This document shows, piece after piece, positions 45,701 through 54,403 of a stretch of DNA of 64,000 nucleotides. The stretch lies in contig JBLFYM010000010.1 of assembly GCA_047608975.1 (NCBI GenBank), positions 12,745 to 76,744 of the forward strand. The letters run 5' to 3'. The notes under the pieces were generated by a model. It was not told the origin of the DNA, did not search any database, and worked only from the letters and a program-made list of their open reading frames with translations. A program made the position numbers and the translations under genes. Source of the stretch: Limisphaerales bacterium (GTDB taxonomy: Bacteria > Verrucomicrobiota > Verrucomicrobiia > Limisphaerales > JAYPXF01). How positions within the stretch are numbered: the stretch's first letter is position 1; every line of letters starts with the position of its first letter.

Positions 45701-48433
45701 GACTTCAACGTTGCCGGAACCAACAAGGGCGTTTGGGACTATCGGAACGAGACCCGGGTCGAACTTGTTCCGGACCGTAAATCTTATCGGCCAGGTGATC
45801 GTGCGCGGATTCTGGTAAAGACACCCATCGGCGGACATGCCCTGATTTCGAAGGAACGAAACTCCGTTCATCAGAGTTTTTATCAGTCCATCGTCGGCAA
45901 CGCGCCCGCGATCGAATTCGACATCACCACGAATGACGCCCCGAATGTATTCGCGTCCCTGACCATGGTTCGCGGCGCCTCCGACAGCCGCCGCGAATAT
46001 CCCACGCCGGAATATCGCTACGGTTACTGTGAACTGAAGGTCGAAGATACGAGCCGCCGTTTGAAGGTGGGATTGCAGACCGGTAAACCTTCCTATCGGC
46101 CTGGCTCCACAGTGGCAATCACCGGACAGGTAACCGATGGCAACGACCTTCCCGTCTCCGGTGCCGAAGTCACGCTCTACGCCGTGGACGAAGGCGTGCT
46201 GAGTCTCACCGGTTACCAGACACCGGATCCGTTCAGCTTCTTTCATCAGGATCAGCCACTCGCCGTCGCGACTCATCTCTCTTTGCCATCCCTGCTTCCG
46301 GAGAACCCCGCCGATCTCCGCTATGACAACAAAGGCTTCATCGCCGGTGGCGGGGGGCGGATGCGCGGCCGCCACCGCAGTAACTTCGTCCCCTGTCCGC
46401 TCTGGTTGCCCACGGTGATCACTGATGAGGAAGGAAGGATTCAGGCCGACTTCGTCGCGCCTGACAGCCTCACGCGCTATCGCATCATCGCGATCGTCCA
46501 TGCTGGAACGGACCGTTTTGGTGCTGGCGAGACCAGTGTTCGCATCAACAAACCGCTAATGATCAAACCGGTGCTACCCGCCTTTGCGCGACGCGGCGAT
46601 CGTATCCAGGCACGAGCCCTGATCATCAGCCGCACCCCGGCAACCGCGCGCGTGAAAGTGGGATGGTATCGCGAAGGCAAAAAGCGCACCAGCGGACCGG
46701 ATGAAGTCAGCCAGACCATCAAGCTCAACGCCAACGAAACGCGCACCGTCGAGTTCCCGATGGAGTTCATCGCGAGCGGTGCAGCCGAATGGATTTGGGA
46801 GGCGCAGTTCCTCGAAGGTGATCACCAAGGCGTGGGTGATTCCGTCGTCAGCAAATTCACCGTCGAGGAGCCCATGCCGTTCATCCGCGAGATCTTCGTG
46901 GGACAGGTGCATACGCAAACCAATCTGCTCGCACCCGCAGACCCCGCCCTCCTGATGGGACGAGGCACCGTCACCATTCGGCTCTCCACCTCACCCCTGC
47001 TGCAGGCGTGGGAAGCAACGGACTACCTGATGCGCTATCCCTACGGCTGCCTCGAACAGACCGCCTCGAGCATGGTGCCGTGGATGCTGCTTCACGGTGA
47101 CGCGGCACTTCTGGCGATGACCGGCCGTTCGCGAGTCGAGGCCAGGACCGCCGTCGACAAAGGAATCAATCGGCTGCTTTCCATGCAGACCACCTCCGGC
47201 GGATTGAGCTATTGGCCAGGCTCGGACAGGCCTGGCATCTGGACCAGCGCTTATGGCGGACTGATGTTATTGCGAGCCCGCAACGCGGGATTTGATGTGC
47301 CTCCGAAGGCCTTGGAGCGGATTCTAAATTACCTCCGTCGGGAAATCCGCAACGGACTCCTGCTTAATAAGCGCAGCACCGCTGAAGTGGGCAGCCATCT
47401 CGCCTTGGCCCTCCACACCCTGGCTTTGAGCGGCAAGGGTGAGACGAGCTACTACACCCGCATCGCGGACCGAGCGGACAAGATCGGCCCCGCGAGCCGC
47501 GCCTTGCTGGCCTTGTCCATTCTGAATTCCTACACCGCCAGACATTGGCAGGATCTCGCCCGCAAGCTGCTGGAGACAAAGGGCGAGGAAGACAAACATA
47601 TCTGGAACTACTTCGGATCCCCGGCGCGCTCCACCGCGTTGAAACTCATGGCTTGGCGAAAACTCGGCGATGCCAGAAAGGTAAGGCAACTCGAAGACAA
47701 ACTCCTGTCCACGCGCCAGAACGGGCATTGGCTGAACACCCAGGGCAACGCGTGGGTACTCATGGCCTTCGCCGACGCCACCATTGATTTGGAAGACCAG
47801 GCAATCAGCGGCTCACTCAGTCGGGGGAACCAAACCGAACACTTCGAACTCCCCAAACAGGACGGCGCGATTGAATTTCCATTGGCCGCGAAGAAACAGG
47901 GCCTGGCGTTACAACTCAACTTCGAGTCGGATTCCAAGGTCCGCCTCTTTGCCCACGTCAGCATCAGGTCGCAGTTGGAGAAACTGCATGAATCGATGCG
48001 TGAGCGCGGATTCCGATTGAGCCGATCTTACGAAGAGGTCAATGCCTTGGGTGAAGCAGTTCCCGCAACCGATCTGGAGATCGGCGACACCGTGCTGATC
48101 ACCCTGAACTTCAAGGTCGATCAGGACGCCAGCTACGTCGCCATCGACGACGCCCTGCCCGCCGCATTCGCCGCCGTCCAACCCGCCTTCCGTTCCCGCG
48201 GTGCCAACGGAAAACATCTCGCCGAGACCTGGACCAGCGATCATCACGAACTGCGCAGCGACCGCGCCATCTTCTTCAAGAACTACCTGCCTCGCGGCGA
48301 ACACCGCATCCGCTACCTCGCCCAGGTCCGCGCCTCCGGCTCATCCCACGCCCCACCCGCCCGCATCGAGGAAATGTATCGCCCGAATCGCCACGGCCTC
48401 AGCAAACCAACGAAGATCCAAAGCCAACGCTGA
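42710..48433 (+). CDS. Lipoprotein alpha-2-macroglobulin family protein with intact thioester motif (1907 aa)
   Basis: Lipobox LLVSC at the N-terminus, multiple MG-type beta-sandwich repeats, thioester YPYGCLEQTASS (CLEQ at 47048-47059), and a C-terminal receptor-binding-like domain (AIDDALPAAF). Confidence 0.9.
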   Translation: MKNRGINRSLLSSLALTCVAALLVSCNGRRDPSRGVELKLSTQEFQADSTFELRFETDMVPASAIGGQAMTSPLVIEPMLKGGFTWLSPRSGVFTPSEATLLDTAYHFRLSSGLQIADGRTSKARLQKQLHTPAFGITDLRANYSSTNKVPPMPIVLAEFNASVNPAALSEKCQFSNGQISIAAQVRAQTNRYKPHSPMRWAVKSNPRRNDTRTWKETFSRAQQTRRRSTVASRQVPAETPATHLVYLEPERPLPTGPKWTLTFASGLPAKSNHLRLNRERTVTIGTVRLIEVTDGRPVNTLDRGKYIELQLSDSLDWQLAGNNLKNLIQVVPPVENMHLEQAWRQIRIFGDFATAASAVDRHFPPKPCVDRYQLSLRTPGSRKLIANYHGTFKFEPLTPHARFPARSISQSYRGQGRFRMLTVNASHVAIRAKRMSPETLIHTLRGYRDTYGRRTGSSQGKLVPFNLVPGIEIASRRLKAGGFLDEAVELGLNLHELLNEKPGPVFLEATASPQRGPTQRTQSVLQFTDLGMIWKRHSGGIEVFVFSHHSGKPVSGAEVSVMDDDNQLLQKTRCDRQGIARIANDEIGSLGTSTKPARWLLAQHGADMHAQELRQNALSRYGFNIPISWGIGRDATPRVSVFSDRNAYRPGEQIRVKAIGRLVGTKISPWPLDKYSREAKFHLFDPRDQLWRSGTVPVSKLGSADWQVTLPEDRPGRYRLRLNMGQAGVTKIIHVQEFKPDAFEVKLINLQVGHVGDPLSMDLNAAYYLGKALSNAKVQWTATANEFLPRHGDLPSFVFGSAVRDQRLRPTTQTHNQVGQGVYSSDTNFVIAPTFNHRQASPYPRRMNIRANLTDQNQQTVSAETRFVEHSSEFYLGVERTAHVLPVGSRLHPRIVAMNSQSQPLTNRQDVTVKLHSVKWHTVRVQGTGNTRTYRNEFKLTELLNTNVQTQIPYQEGIKWQVPESESSLMVFEKSGQFLLEVSAKDSAGREVLAAYDFNVAGTNKGVWDYRNETRVELVPDRKSYRPGDRARILVKTPIGGHALISKERNSVHQSFYQSIVGNAPAIEFDITTNDAPNVFASLTMVRGASDSRREYPTPEYRYGYCELKVEDTSRRLKVGLQTGKPSYRPGSTVAITGQVTDGNDLPVSGAEVTLYAVDEGVLSLTGYQTPDPFSFFHQDQPLAVATHLSLPSLLPENPADLRYDNKGFIAGGGGRMRGRHRSNFVPCPLWLPTVITDEEGRIQADFVAPDSLTRYRIIAIVHAGTDRFGAGETSVRINKPLMIKPVLPAFARRGDRIQARALIISRTPATARVKVGWYREGKKRTSGPDEVSQTIKLNANETRTVEFPMEFIASGAAEWIWEAQFLEGDHQGVGDSVVSKFTVEEPMPFIREIFVGQVHTQTNLLAPADPALLMGRGTVTIRLSTSPLLQAWEATDYLMRYPYGCLEQTASSMVPWMLLHGDAALLAMTGRSRVEARTAVDKGINRLLSMQTTSGGLSYWPGSDRPGIWTSAYGGLMLLRARNAGFDVPPKALERILNYLRREIRNGLLLNKRSTAEVGSHLALALHTLALSGKGETSYYTRIADRADKIGPASRALLALSILNSYTARHWQDLARKLLETKGEEDKHIWNYFGSPARSTALKLMAWRKLGDARKVRQLEDKLLSTRQNGHWLNTQGNAWVLMAFADATIDLEDQAISGSLSRGNQTEHFELPKQDGAIEFPLAAKKQGLALQLNFESDSKVRLFAHVSIRSQLEKLHESMRERGFRLSRSYEEVNALGEAVPATDLEIGDTVLITLNFKVDQDASYVAIDDALPAAFAAVQPAFRSRGANGKHLAETWTSDHHELRSDRAIFFKNYLPRGEHRIRYLAQVRASGSSHAPPARIEEMYRPNRHGLSKPTKIQSQR

Positions 48434-48604
48434 CCACGACCGCGATGGCGTTACAGATCGATGTAGCTCGAAGCGCCTTGGCTCGCCCTTCTGCGTGGCA
48501 TCGGTCGCTTTCGCGGTGGGTCGCACCTTCGAGCCCTTCAGACCCGGCACGCTGAAGTGTGATCTCCAACCGATTCACGCCCAATCGGAACAACACCGCC
48601 GAAC

Positions 48605-50011
48605 ATGGATTGCCAGCAACGCCCAGCATTGCTATCAAAAAGCATGCGTTTGATCCTCACTCTGGCTGCGTTCCTCGTCGTGCTTTCCCCAGCCACTTTA
48701 TTGTCCGCTGCCGATCTGGTTCCGACCGCCTATGAAGGTAAGGCGAAGCGCATCATTGAGCTGGCGCGTTCGGAGGAGTTTGCGTTCCGGCGACTGGCGG
48801 AACTCTGCGACACATTTGGGCCGCGGTTCAGTGGTACGCAGAGTCTTGAAGATGCGATTGATTGGGCGCTGAAAGAATTTAAAAAGGACGGGTTTGAAAA
48901 CGTACATGGTGAGAAGGTGATGGTGCCACGCTGGGTGCGCGGGAAGGAGTCCGCCACGATGCTCGAACCGCGGAAGCGAAATCTTCCGATGCTGGGACTC
49001 GGTGGCAGCATCGCCACTCCGAAGGGCGGGATCACCGCGCCGGTGTTTGTGGTTTCAAGCTTCGCTGATCTGAAGGCAAACGCCGCCAAGGCCAAAGGGA
49101 AGATCGTGCTGTTCGACGTTCCGTTCACCGAGTATCGCGCGACGGTGATGATCCGTCTCAACGGTGCGACGGAAGCAGCCAAGGTAGGCGCGGTCGCGAG
49201 CCTCATTCGTTCGGTTGGCCCATATTCGATGCAGACACCCCACACCGGCTCCATGCGTTACCAGGATGGAGTGAAGAAGATTCCCCATGCTGCGATCACG
49301 ATTGAGGACTCCACGATGCTGCACCGCATGCAGGATCGCGGGCAGAAACCAATTGTGACCTTGAAGATGTCCGCCCATCAACTGCCGGACGCTCCCTCCC
49401 GGAACATCGTCGCCGATCTCATCGGTACCGAGAAGCCGGACGAGATCGTGCTGGTGAGTGGACACTTTGACTCATGGGACGTGGGCACCGGTGCCATGGA
49501 CGACGGCGGTGGCTGTCTCGCCGCGTGGGAGGCAGCACGTCTCTTGATGAAAAACGGCCTGCGACCAAAGCGCACAATTCGCGTCGTGCTCTGGACGAAC
49601 GAGGAGAACGGCATGGCTGGCGCGAAGACTTACCGAAAGACAAATGCCGCAGATTTGAAGAACCATCTGATCGGAATCGAATCGGATGCCGGCGCTTTTA
49701 AGCCGACCGGTTTCGGATTCACCGGCAGTGAAAAGGCGATGCCCTATCTGCGTGAGATCGGCGATCTGTTGCTCCCAATCCGGAAGGCCAAACTGGCCTG
49801 GGGCTGCCGGGGCGCGGACGTGATGCAGCTCCTGTCCGGTGGCGTTCCCGCCATGCATCTCGAAGTGGATCGCGGCCGCTATTTTTGGTTTCACCACACC
49901 GCCGCGGATACCATCGACAAACTGTCCGTGAAGGAGCTTCAGGATTGCACCGCCTACATGGCAGTCATGGCCTACGTCATCGCGGACATGCCGGATCGTT
50001 TGCCGCGGTAG
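48605..50011 (+). CDS. Secreted M28-family metallopeptidase (aminopeptidase-like)
   Basis: Signal peptide MRLILTLAAFLVVLSPATLLSAAD (alternative ATG 48644). Zinc-ligand blocks VLVSGHFDSWDVGTGAMDDGGG and WTNEENGMAG, plus FWFHHTAADT. Confidence 0.8.
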   Translation: MDCQQRPALLSKSMRLILTLAAFLVVLSPATLLSAADLVPTAYEGKAKRIIELARSEEFAFRRLAELCDTFGPRFSGTQSLEDAIDWALKEFKKDGFENVHGEKVMVPRWVRGKESATMLEPRKRNLPMLGLGGSIATPKGGITAPVFVVSSFADLKANAAKAKGKIVLFDVPFTEYRATVMIRLNGATEAAKVGAVASLIRSVGPYSMQTPHTGSMRYQDGVKKIPHAAITIEDSTMLHRMQDRGQKPIVTLKMSAHQLPDAPSRNIVADLIGTEKPDEIVLVSGHFDSWDVGTGAMDDGGGCLAAWEAARLLMKNGLRPKRTIRVVLWTNEENGMAGAKTYRKTNAADLKNHLIGIESDAGAFKPTGFGFTGSEKAMPYLREIGDLLLPIRKAKLAWGCRGADVMQLLSGGVPAMHLEVDRGRYFWFHHTAADTIDKLSVKELQDCTAYMAVMAYVIADMPDRLPR

Positions 50012-50020
50012 AACGCCGAC

Positions 50021-50040
50021 CAGCGGACTCACGTCCGCTG
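50021..50040. terminator. GC-rich hairpin between convergent genes (possible terminator, no T-tract)
   Basis: cagcggac-tcac-gtccgctg is an 8-bp stem, 10 nt after the M28 stop. Confidence 0.3.
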
Positions 50041-50139
50041 CTACCCGATTTGGTGGAATCCGGCGTGAGCCAGATCAAACTATGGGTGAACACATGACCT
50101 CTCCCAGATCGTTCGCGATCGTGGTTCGGTGCCGGCCAG

Positions 50140-51243
50140 CTACTTTGCGCGGAGTCTGGCGAGGTATTCGACGAGATCGACGAGATCCTGTTCGGACATC
50201 ATTTGCTGTAGGCCGTTGGGCATGGTCGAGAGTTTGGATTTCCGTTGAGTGAGGATCTCGGCGCGCTTCACCTGATTGACGATTCCTCCGACGGTTTTGA
50301 TTGATACTAGTTCCTTCGTTTCGCTTACCAGCAGGCCGTAGTATTCGTCACCCGATTTTGTTTCCACGGTCCAGGATTCATAGCCCATGAGGATTCCGGC
50401 GTTGGGGGCGAGAATGGATTCGTAGAGGGCTTCGCGTGTAAGTTTGGAGCCGACCTCCGAAAGGGCCGGGCCGAAATCAATGCCCTCGCCGTTCACCTGA
50501 TGGCAACGGTTGCACATGACGGTTTCACGATTGAAGACGGATTTGCCGCGAACCGCGTCGCCTTTGCGACGCGACAATTCCGCGATGGGAGGGAAGGCCT
50601 TGCCGGCGCGTCCTTTCGGCAATGGCAACAGTTTGGCTACCTCGTTCCGAATCGATTCCCAGCGCACGGTGTTCAGTTCCATCGCCGTGGAAAGTTTTAC
50701 GACTTCGTCCAGTGTTCCCGCCTTTGCCCGTTGGATCAATCGGCCTGCTCCCTGTTTAAATTTTGCGAGCGCTCGGACTGCTGCTTTGCGGAGTGGAGGC
50801 GGTCGGTCGGTGTCATCCAATACTTCGGTCAACAAAAGTACGGTGGCTCCGCTCAAGGTGTTCCCCACTGCCTCAAGCAGACGAGTGCCTTCCGGGACAG
50901 TTCGTTTGCGTAGTGCATTCTGAATGAGTTTCTCACCCTTGTTCTCCAGCATGACCCGGATGGCATCCACGCCCGGGTTGCTGTTGGGGGCAGCGATGGC
51001 GAGTTCGAGCAGGTCGGCGTTGCGGTCCCTCAACCGGAACACCTTCACCAGTTCGACAAAGCGTCCCGTGCCCCGGGTGGCGTCCAATACCTGGGTCAAT
51101 GCTGCCTGAAGACGCGGGTTGGCATTTACCTTCTCCGGTCCGAGGCGGGTGAGCGCGCCGATCAGGGTATCCAGTTTTTCAGGCGGGATCTCTGCGCTGA
51201 TCGCGGAGGTGATCAAGAGCAGCAGACAGAGGAATGAACGCAT
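50140..51243 (-). CDS. Exported HEAT-repeat protein with C-terminal PVC-type heme-binding (CxxCH) domain
   Basis: Signal peptide MRSFLCLLLLITSAISA, helical repeats, and CNRCHQVNGEG...GPALS...STMP...EQDLVDLVEYL. The C-terminal domain is homologous to the C-terminus of the 1536-5939 gene. Confidence 0.8.
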   Translation of the reverse strand: MRSFLCLLLLITSAISAEIPPEKLDTLIGALTRLGPEKVNANPRLQAALTQVLDATRGTGRFVELVKVFRLRDRNADLLELAIAAPNSNPGVDAIRVMLENKGEKLIQNALRKRTVPEGTRLLEAVGNTLSGATVLLLTEVLDDTDRPPPLRKAAVRALAKFKQGAGRLIQRAKAGTLDEVVKLSTAMELNTVRWESIRNEVAKLLPLPKGRAGKAFPPIAELSRRKGDAVRGKSVFNRETVMCNRCHQVNGEGIDFGPALSEVGSKLTREALYESILAPNAGILMGYESWTVETKSGDEYYGLLVSETKELVSIKTVGGIVNQVKRAEILTQRKSKLSTMPNGLQQMMSEQDLVDLVEYLARLRAK

Positions 51244-51263
51244 GAAGCGAAACGGGAGGGGAA

Positions 51264-53219
51264 TTACCGAAGTTCGGTTTCTTTGCGGGCCACGACTTTG
51301 GCCATCGCGGCGGCTTCAGTGCGGGTATGGCTGGTCACCTGCGATTTGAGATAGTCGCGCTTTTTGCGCGCTGAATCCATGTCGCGCTTCCGCCGGTCGC
51401 GATCGGATTTGCGGCGGGAGAGATCGCGCTTGAGCTTGGAGACCGAAGCGGTCGTCTGGTTGCGTTTGTTGGTAACCTCTTTTTGTTCGGCGTTGTGTTT
51501 CTTGACGGCCTCGGCGGTGGCTTTCACGTCCTGTTCAACTTTGACCAGCTTGGCCTTCAACGCTTTGAGTGTTTTCTCGTGCGCCTTCGTCGTGTAGCGA
51601 CGCATCTGAGTCTGAAGATCGCGCATGGTGCCGGTGGCGCGTCGGGCATTGCTGGCGGCCTTGGAAACGGCGGACCTGGCGCGGCTGTAGTCTTGGGAGA
51701 GGCGTCGGCTTAGGGAATTGGTTTCGTTGTAGCCCTTGAACAAGACCTCGTACCGGGCGAGGGATTCGGTGTAGGTCAGACCGGCTGCGGCGTATTTCTC
51801 TTCCGCCGCTTCAAGCTGGCTGCGGTAGTCGGCGAGTTTCGCTTTGGCGAGCTTCAAGGCCGCGTCCTCGGCGCGCATCTTCGATTCGACCGAACCTTTG
51901 TCCCGGCTTCGTTTGTCTTTTTCCCGCTGGGCGAGTTTGCGCAGGTTGTCGGTCTGTCGCCGATCCGTACTGGCGCTTGGAGTGGTTATCAGCTTCTCGG
52001 CGTGAATCGAATCAGGTCCAAGATTGACTCCGCTGGGAAAGAGTTCCGGGGCGCTACCCATCGCGATTCGGTGGACCTGCGTCAGGGGAACCTCGAAGTT
52101 TTTAAGGATCGATCCGGAAACGCTCACCGAGTCTTCACCGACGGTCAGCTCGGTCCCCAGCAGTAGGGAGCCATCCAACAGCTGGATGCGATAGCTCGCG
52201 GTGTCCGGGGCGGGAACGCGGAGTTGGAGCGCCATGGTTTCGTATTTGGTGTCCAGGGTCTGATATCCGAAAAGCAGTGAACTGAGTTTCAGGTTGCCGC
52301 GCTCCAGGCTCTTGAATTCGCCATCCACGAAATCGCCACCGACCATCAACGCACCGGGTCGCTGAGGGCGAACCTTCACGGCGGTGTGAAGGGGAATATC
52401 GCGAAAGACGATCCGGGCAACGTTCACCGTGGAAATGGTCACGTCACTGAACGGCTTCTCCAAAACCACCGCGGTGTCGTTCGCACGATGGACCCGGGCA
52501 GCAAGAAAGGTTCCGTCGCGGAGAACCACGCCGACCCGGAGACCCGTCTGTGACAGACTCGGCGCGTTGTATCCGGACAGGGCACCAGGCGGCGGAAATA
52601 GTTCCAGCGTGCCGAGGTTCTGCCGTTTGTGCTCCGGGCCCTCCCATTGCACCTGAACGATGGAATCGCCGGTGGACTCGTAGTATTCGATCTGGATCTC
52701 GTGGCGTTTGCCGGCTTCGAGTTGGACCTTCGTTTTATCCTCGGTCACAGCGTGTTCCGACCAGTTGTTGATCAACTGCTTGCCGTTGATCGTGAGGCGA
52801 ACGCCGTCGTCGGATTCGGTGAAGAAGCGGTGGTCACCGGTGTGGGGAACCTCAAATGTTCCGGTCCAACGGACGCTGAAATGCTCGTCACGCCAGCCTT
52901 TGAAAGGACTGCCTGTCTTCCAATTGAAATAGACGTCCTGGTCCACGCGGGTGCGATTCGGTCCATCGAGGTTGGTGCGTTCAAAATAGGTCCCCAGCAA
53001 ACCGGAGCCGGACTTGAATTGCTCCCGAAACGATTCCGACCAGATCGGGTCTTGCGCCTGAATCTCAACTGAACGGTTCGCACTGGGTACGACGAGTTCC
53101 GAGTTACCCTTGGCATCGGTCAGCAACAGCCCCTGGCCGGCAATGAACGCGAGCTCGCCTTCGATCTGGGTGCCGTTGGTGCGCGTGACGATTCCCGCCT
53201 GCAGCTCGGCCGCGACCAC
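51264..53219 (-). CDS. PA14-domain protein with long charged C-terminal coiled coil
   Basis: PA14 block GLLGTYFERTNLDGP..RVDQDVYFNW....HFSVRWTGTFEVPHTGDHRFFTESDDGVRLTINGK. The last ~230 aa are Lys/Arg/Glu/Ala heptad-like. The start given is GTG; see the finding on the out-of-frame ATG at 53265. Confidence 0.75.
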   Translation of the reverse strand: MVAAELQAGIVTRTNGTQIEGELAFIAGQGLLLTDAKGNSELVVPSANRSVEIQAQDPIWSESFREQFKSGSGLLGTYFERTNLDGPNRTRVDQDVYFNWKTGSPFKGWRDEHFSVRWTGTFEVPHTGDHRFFTESDDGVRLTINGKQLINNWSEHAVTEDKTKVQLEAGKRHEIQIEYYESTGDSIVQVQWEGPEHKRQNLGTLELFPPPGALSGYNAPSLSQTGLRVGVVLRDGTFLAARVHRANDTAVVLEKPFSDVTISTVNVARIVFRDIPLHTAVKVRPQRPGALMVGGDFVDGEFKSLERGNLKLSSLLFGYQTLDTKYETMALQLRVPAPDTASYRIQLLDGSLLLGTELTVGEDSVSVSGSILKNFEVPLTQVHRIAMGSAPELFPSGVNLGPDSIHAEKLITTPSASTDRRQTDNLRKLAQREKDKRSRDKGSVESKMRAEDAALKLAKAKLADYRSQLEAAEEKYAAAGLTYTESLARYEVLFKGYNETNSLSRRLSQDYSRARSAVSKAASNARRATGTMRDLQTQMRRYTTKAHEKTLKALKAKLVKVEQDVKATAEAVKKHNAEQKEVTNKRNQTTASVSKLKRDLSRRKSDRDRRKRDMDSARKKRDYLKSQVTSHTRTEAAAMAKVVARKETELR

Positions 53220-53272
53220 GGCCGCGATTGCCAGGCGGGCGGTGGGAAGAGAACAGCCTTTTCATTGGATTT

Positions 53273-54313
53273 CTACCGCTGGTAAAGCGGGATGTAGTTG
53301 TAGGGCATGGAAAGAATCATGGTGTAGACCGCCGTGGTGAAATTGGTTCCCACCCCGCCTCGGCCACGGGCTTCCCAATAGGCCATGCCCTTTTCTTCGA
53401 CGACCTGGCTGAGCAGGATCTTCTTCACGTCGTCGTACCATTTCTTCCAGATCTGTCCGCCGATCATGTAGTGGGCGGGGGCGGCGTAAAAGTTGCCGTA
53501 GGTGAACCACTCATGATCCTCGCGTTGGGTCTCGAAGAGAAACTTGGAACCGGCCGCCACCATCGGATCTTCATACAAGCCACAGACCTGCAGTGAATAG
53601 ATGGCCGCCGCCGTCCGGGCGAATCCTGCCTCGCGATTGGGCTGGTAGCAGAACCCACCTTCGCCCGGTTTGTAGCAGCGCTTCACATAGGCAACGGCGT
53701 CGTCGATGGTTTTCTGAGGGACTTCCAAGCCGGCGTTCTTCGCCGCGCGAATGGCGACGAGTTGGAGAACGGTCACGGAAATATCGGCGTCCTTGGCAAT
53801 CGGGCGATAACGCCAACCGCCGTGGTGCTGATCCTGATCGGCCTGCGCACTGACGATCAGGCGCACGACGCGCTGCACCTTGCTGCGAATCACGGGCGAG
53901 CGGGATTGTCCGTAGAGCTCGGCGAGCGCGATCGTGGCAATGCCGTGGGAATACATGTATTGGCCGTCCCGACCGCTGCCGTAGAGCCCCTCCGGTGAAA
54001 TCAATTCCAACAGATAGTTCATGCCGTCCGTGACGTTCTTGCCGTATTCTCCCTCGCCCGGAAGGTGACCGGCAGCCTGGAATGCCATGAGGACGTAACC
54101 GGTCATGGCGGTGGTGTATTTCTTGCGATCATCGGAGGCGCTCCATGACCCGTTCGGCATCTGCCGGGAGGCGAGATACTTCAACGCGCCGGCTACGATC
54201 CGCTCGGTCTTCTTGTCGACGGTCACGGAGTTCTGATCGACGGGGGCAGCCGGGGTTGGCGTTGGCTGCGCGATCATCAGGAGCGCGATCGTGGCGCAGA
54301 AGCACTTCATCAT
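53273..54313 (-). CDS. Exported prenyltransferase/squalene-oxidase (terpene-cyclase-like alpha/alpha toroid) repeat protein
   Basis: Signal peptide MMKCFCATIALLMIAQPTPTPAAP. Repeats AGALKYLASRQMPNGSWS, HHGGWRY and GEGGFCY are typical of this repeat family. Confidence 0.75.
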   Translation of the reverse strand: MMKCFCATIALLMIAQPTPTPAAPVDQNSVTVDKKTERIVAGALKYLASRQMPNGSWSASDDRKKYTTAMTGYVLMAFQAAGHLPGEGEYGKNVTDGMNYLLELISPEGLYGSGRDGQYMYSHGIATIALAELYGQSRSPVIRSKVQRVVRLIVSAQADQDQHHGGWRYRPIAKDADISVTVLQLVAIRAAKNAGLEVPQKTIDDAVAYVKRCYKPGEGGFCYQPNREAGFARTAAAIYSLQVCGLYEDPMVAAGSKFLFETQREDHEWFTYGNFYAAPAHYMIGGQIWKKWYDDVKKILLSQVVEEKGMAYWEARGRGGVGTNFTTAVYTMILSMPYNYIPLYQR

Positions 54314-54403
54314 GGTGGTCGAAAGTTCGCTGCGGAAGCGCGGGGGTGCGTTCATCTGAGTTCGCAATGCGTAGATCGTGGGTCGTGGTCGAGTGGAATT
54401 GGT

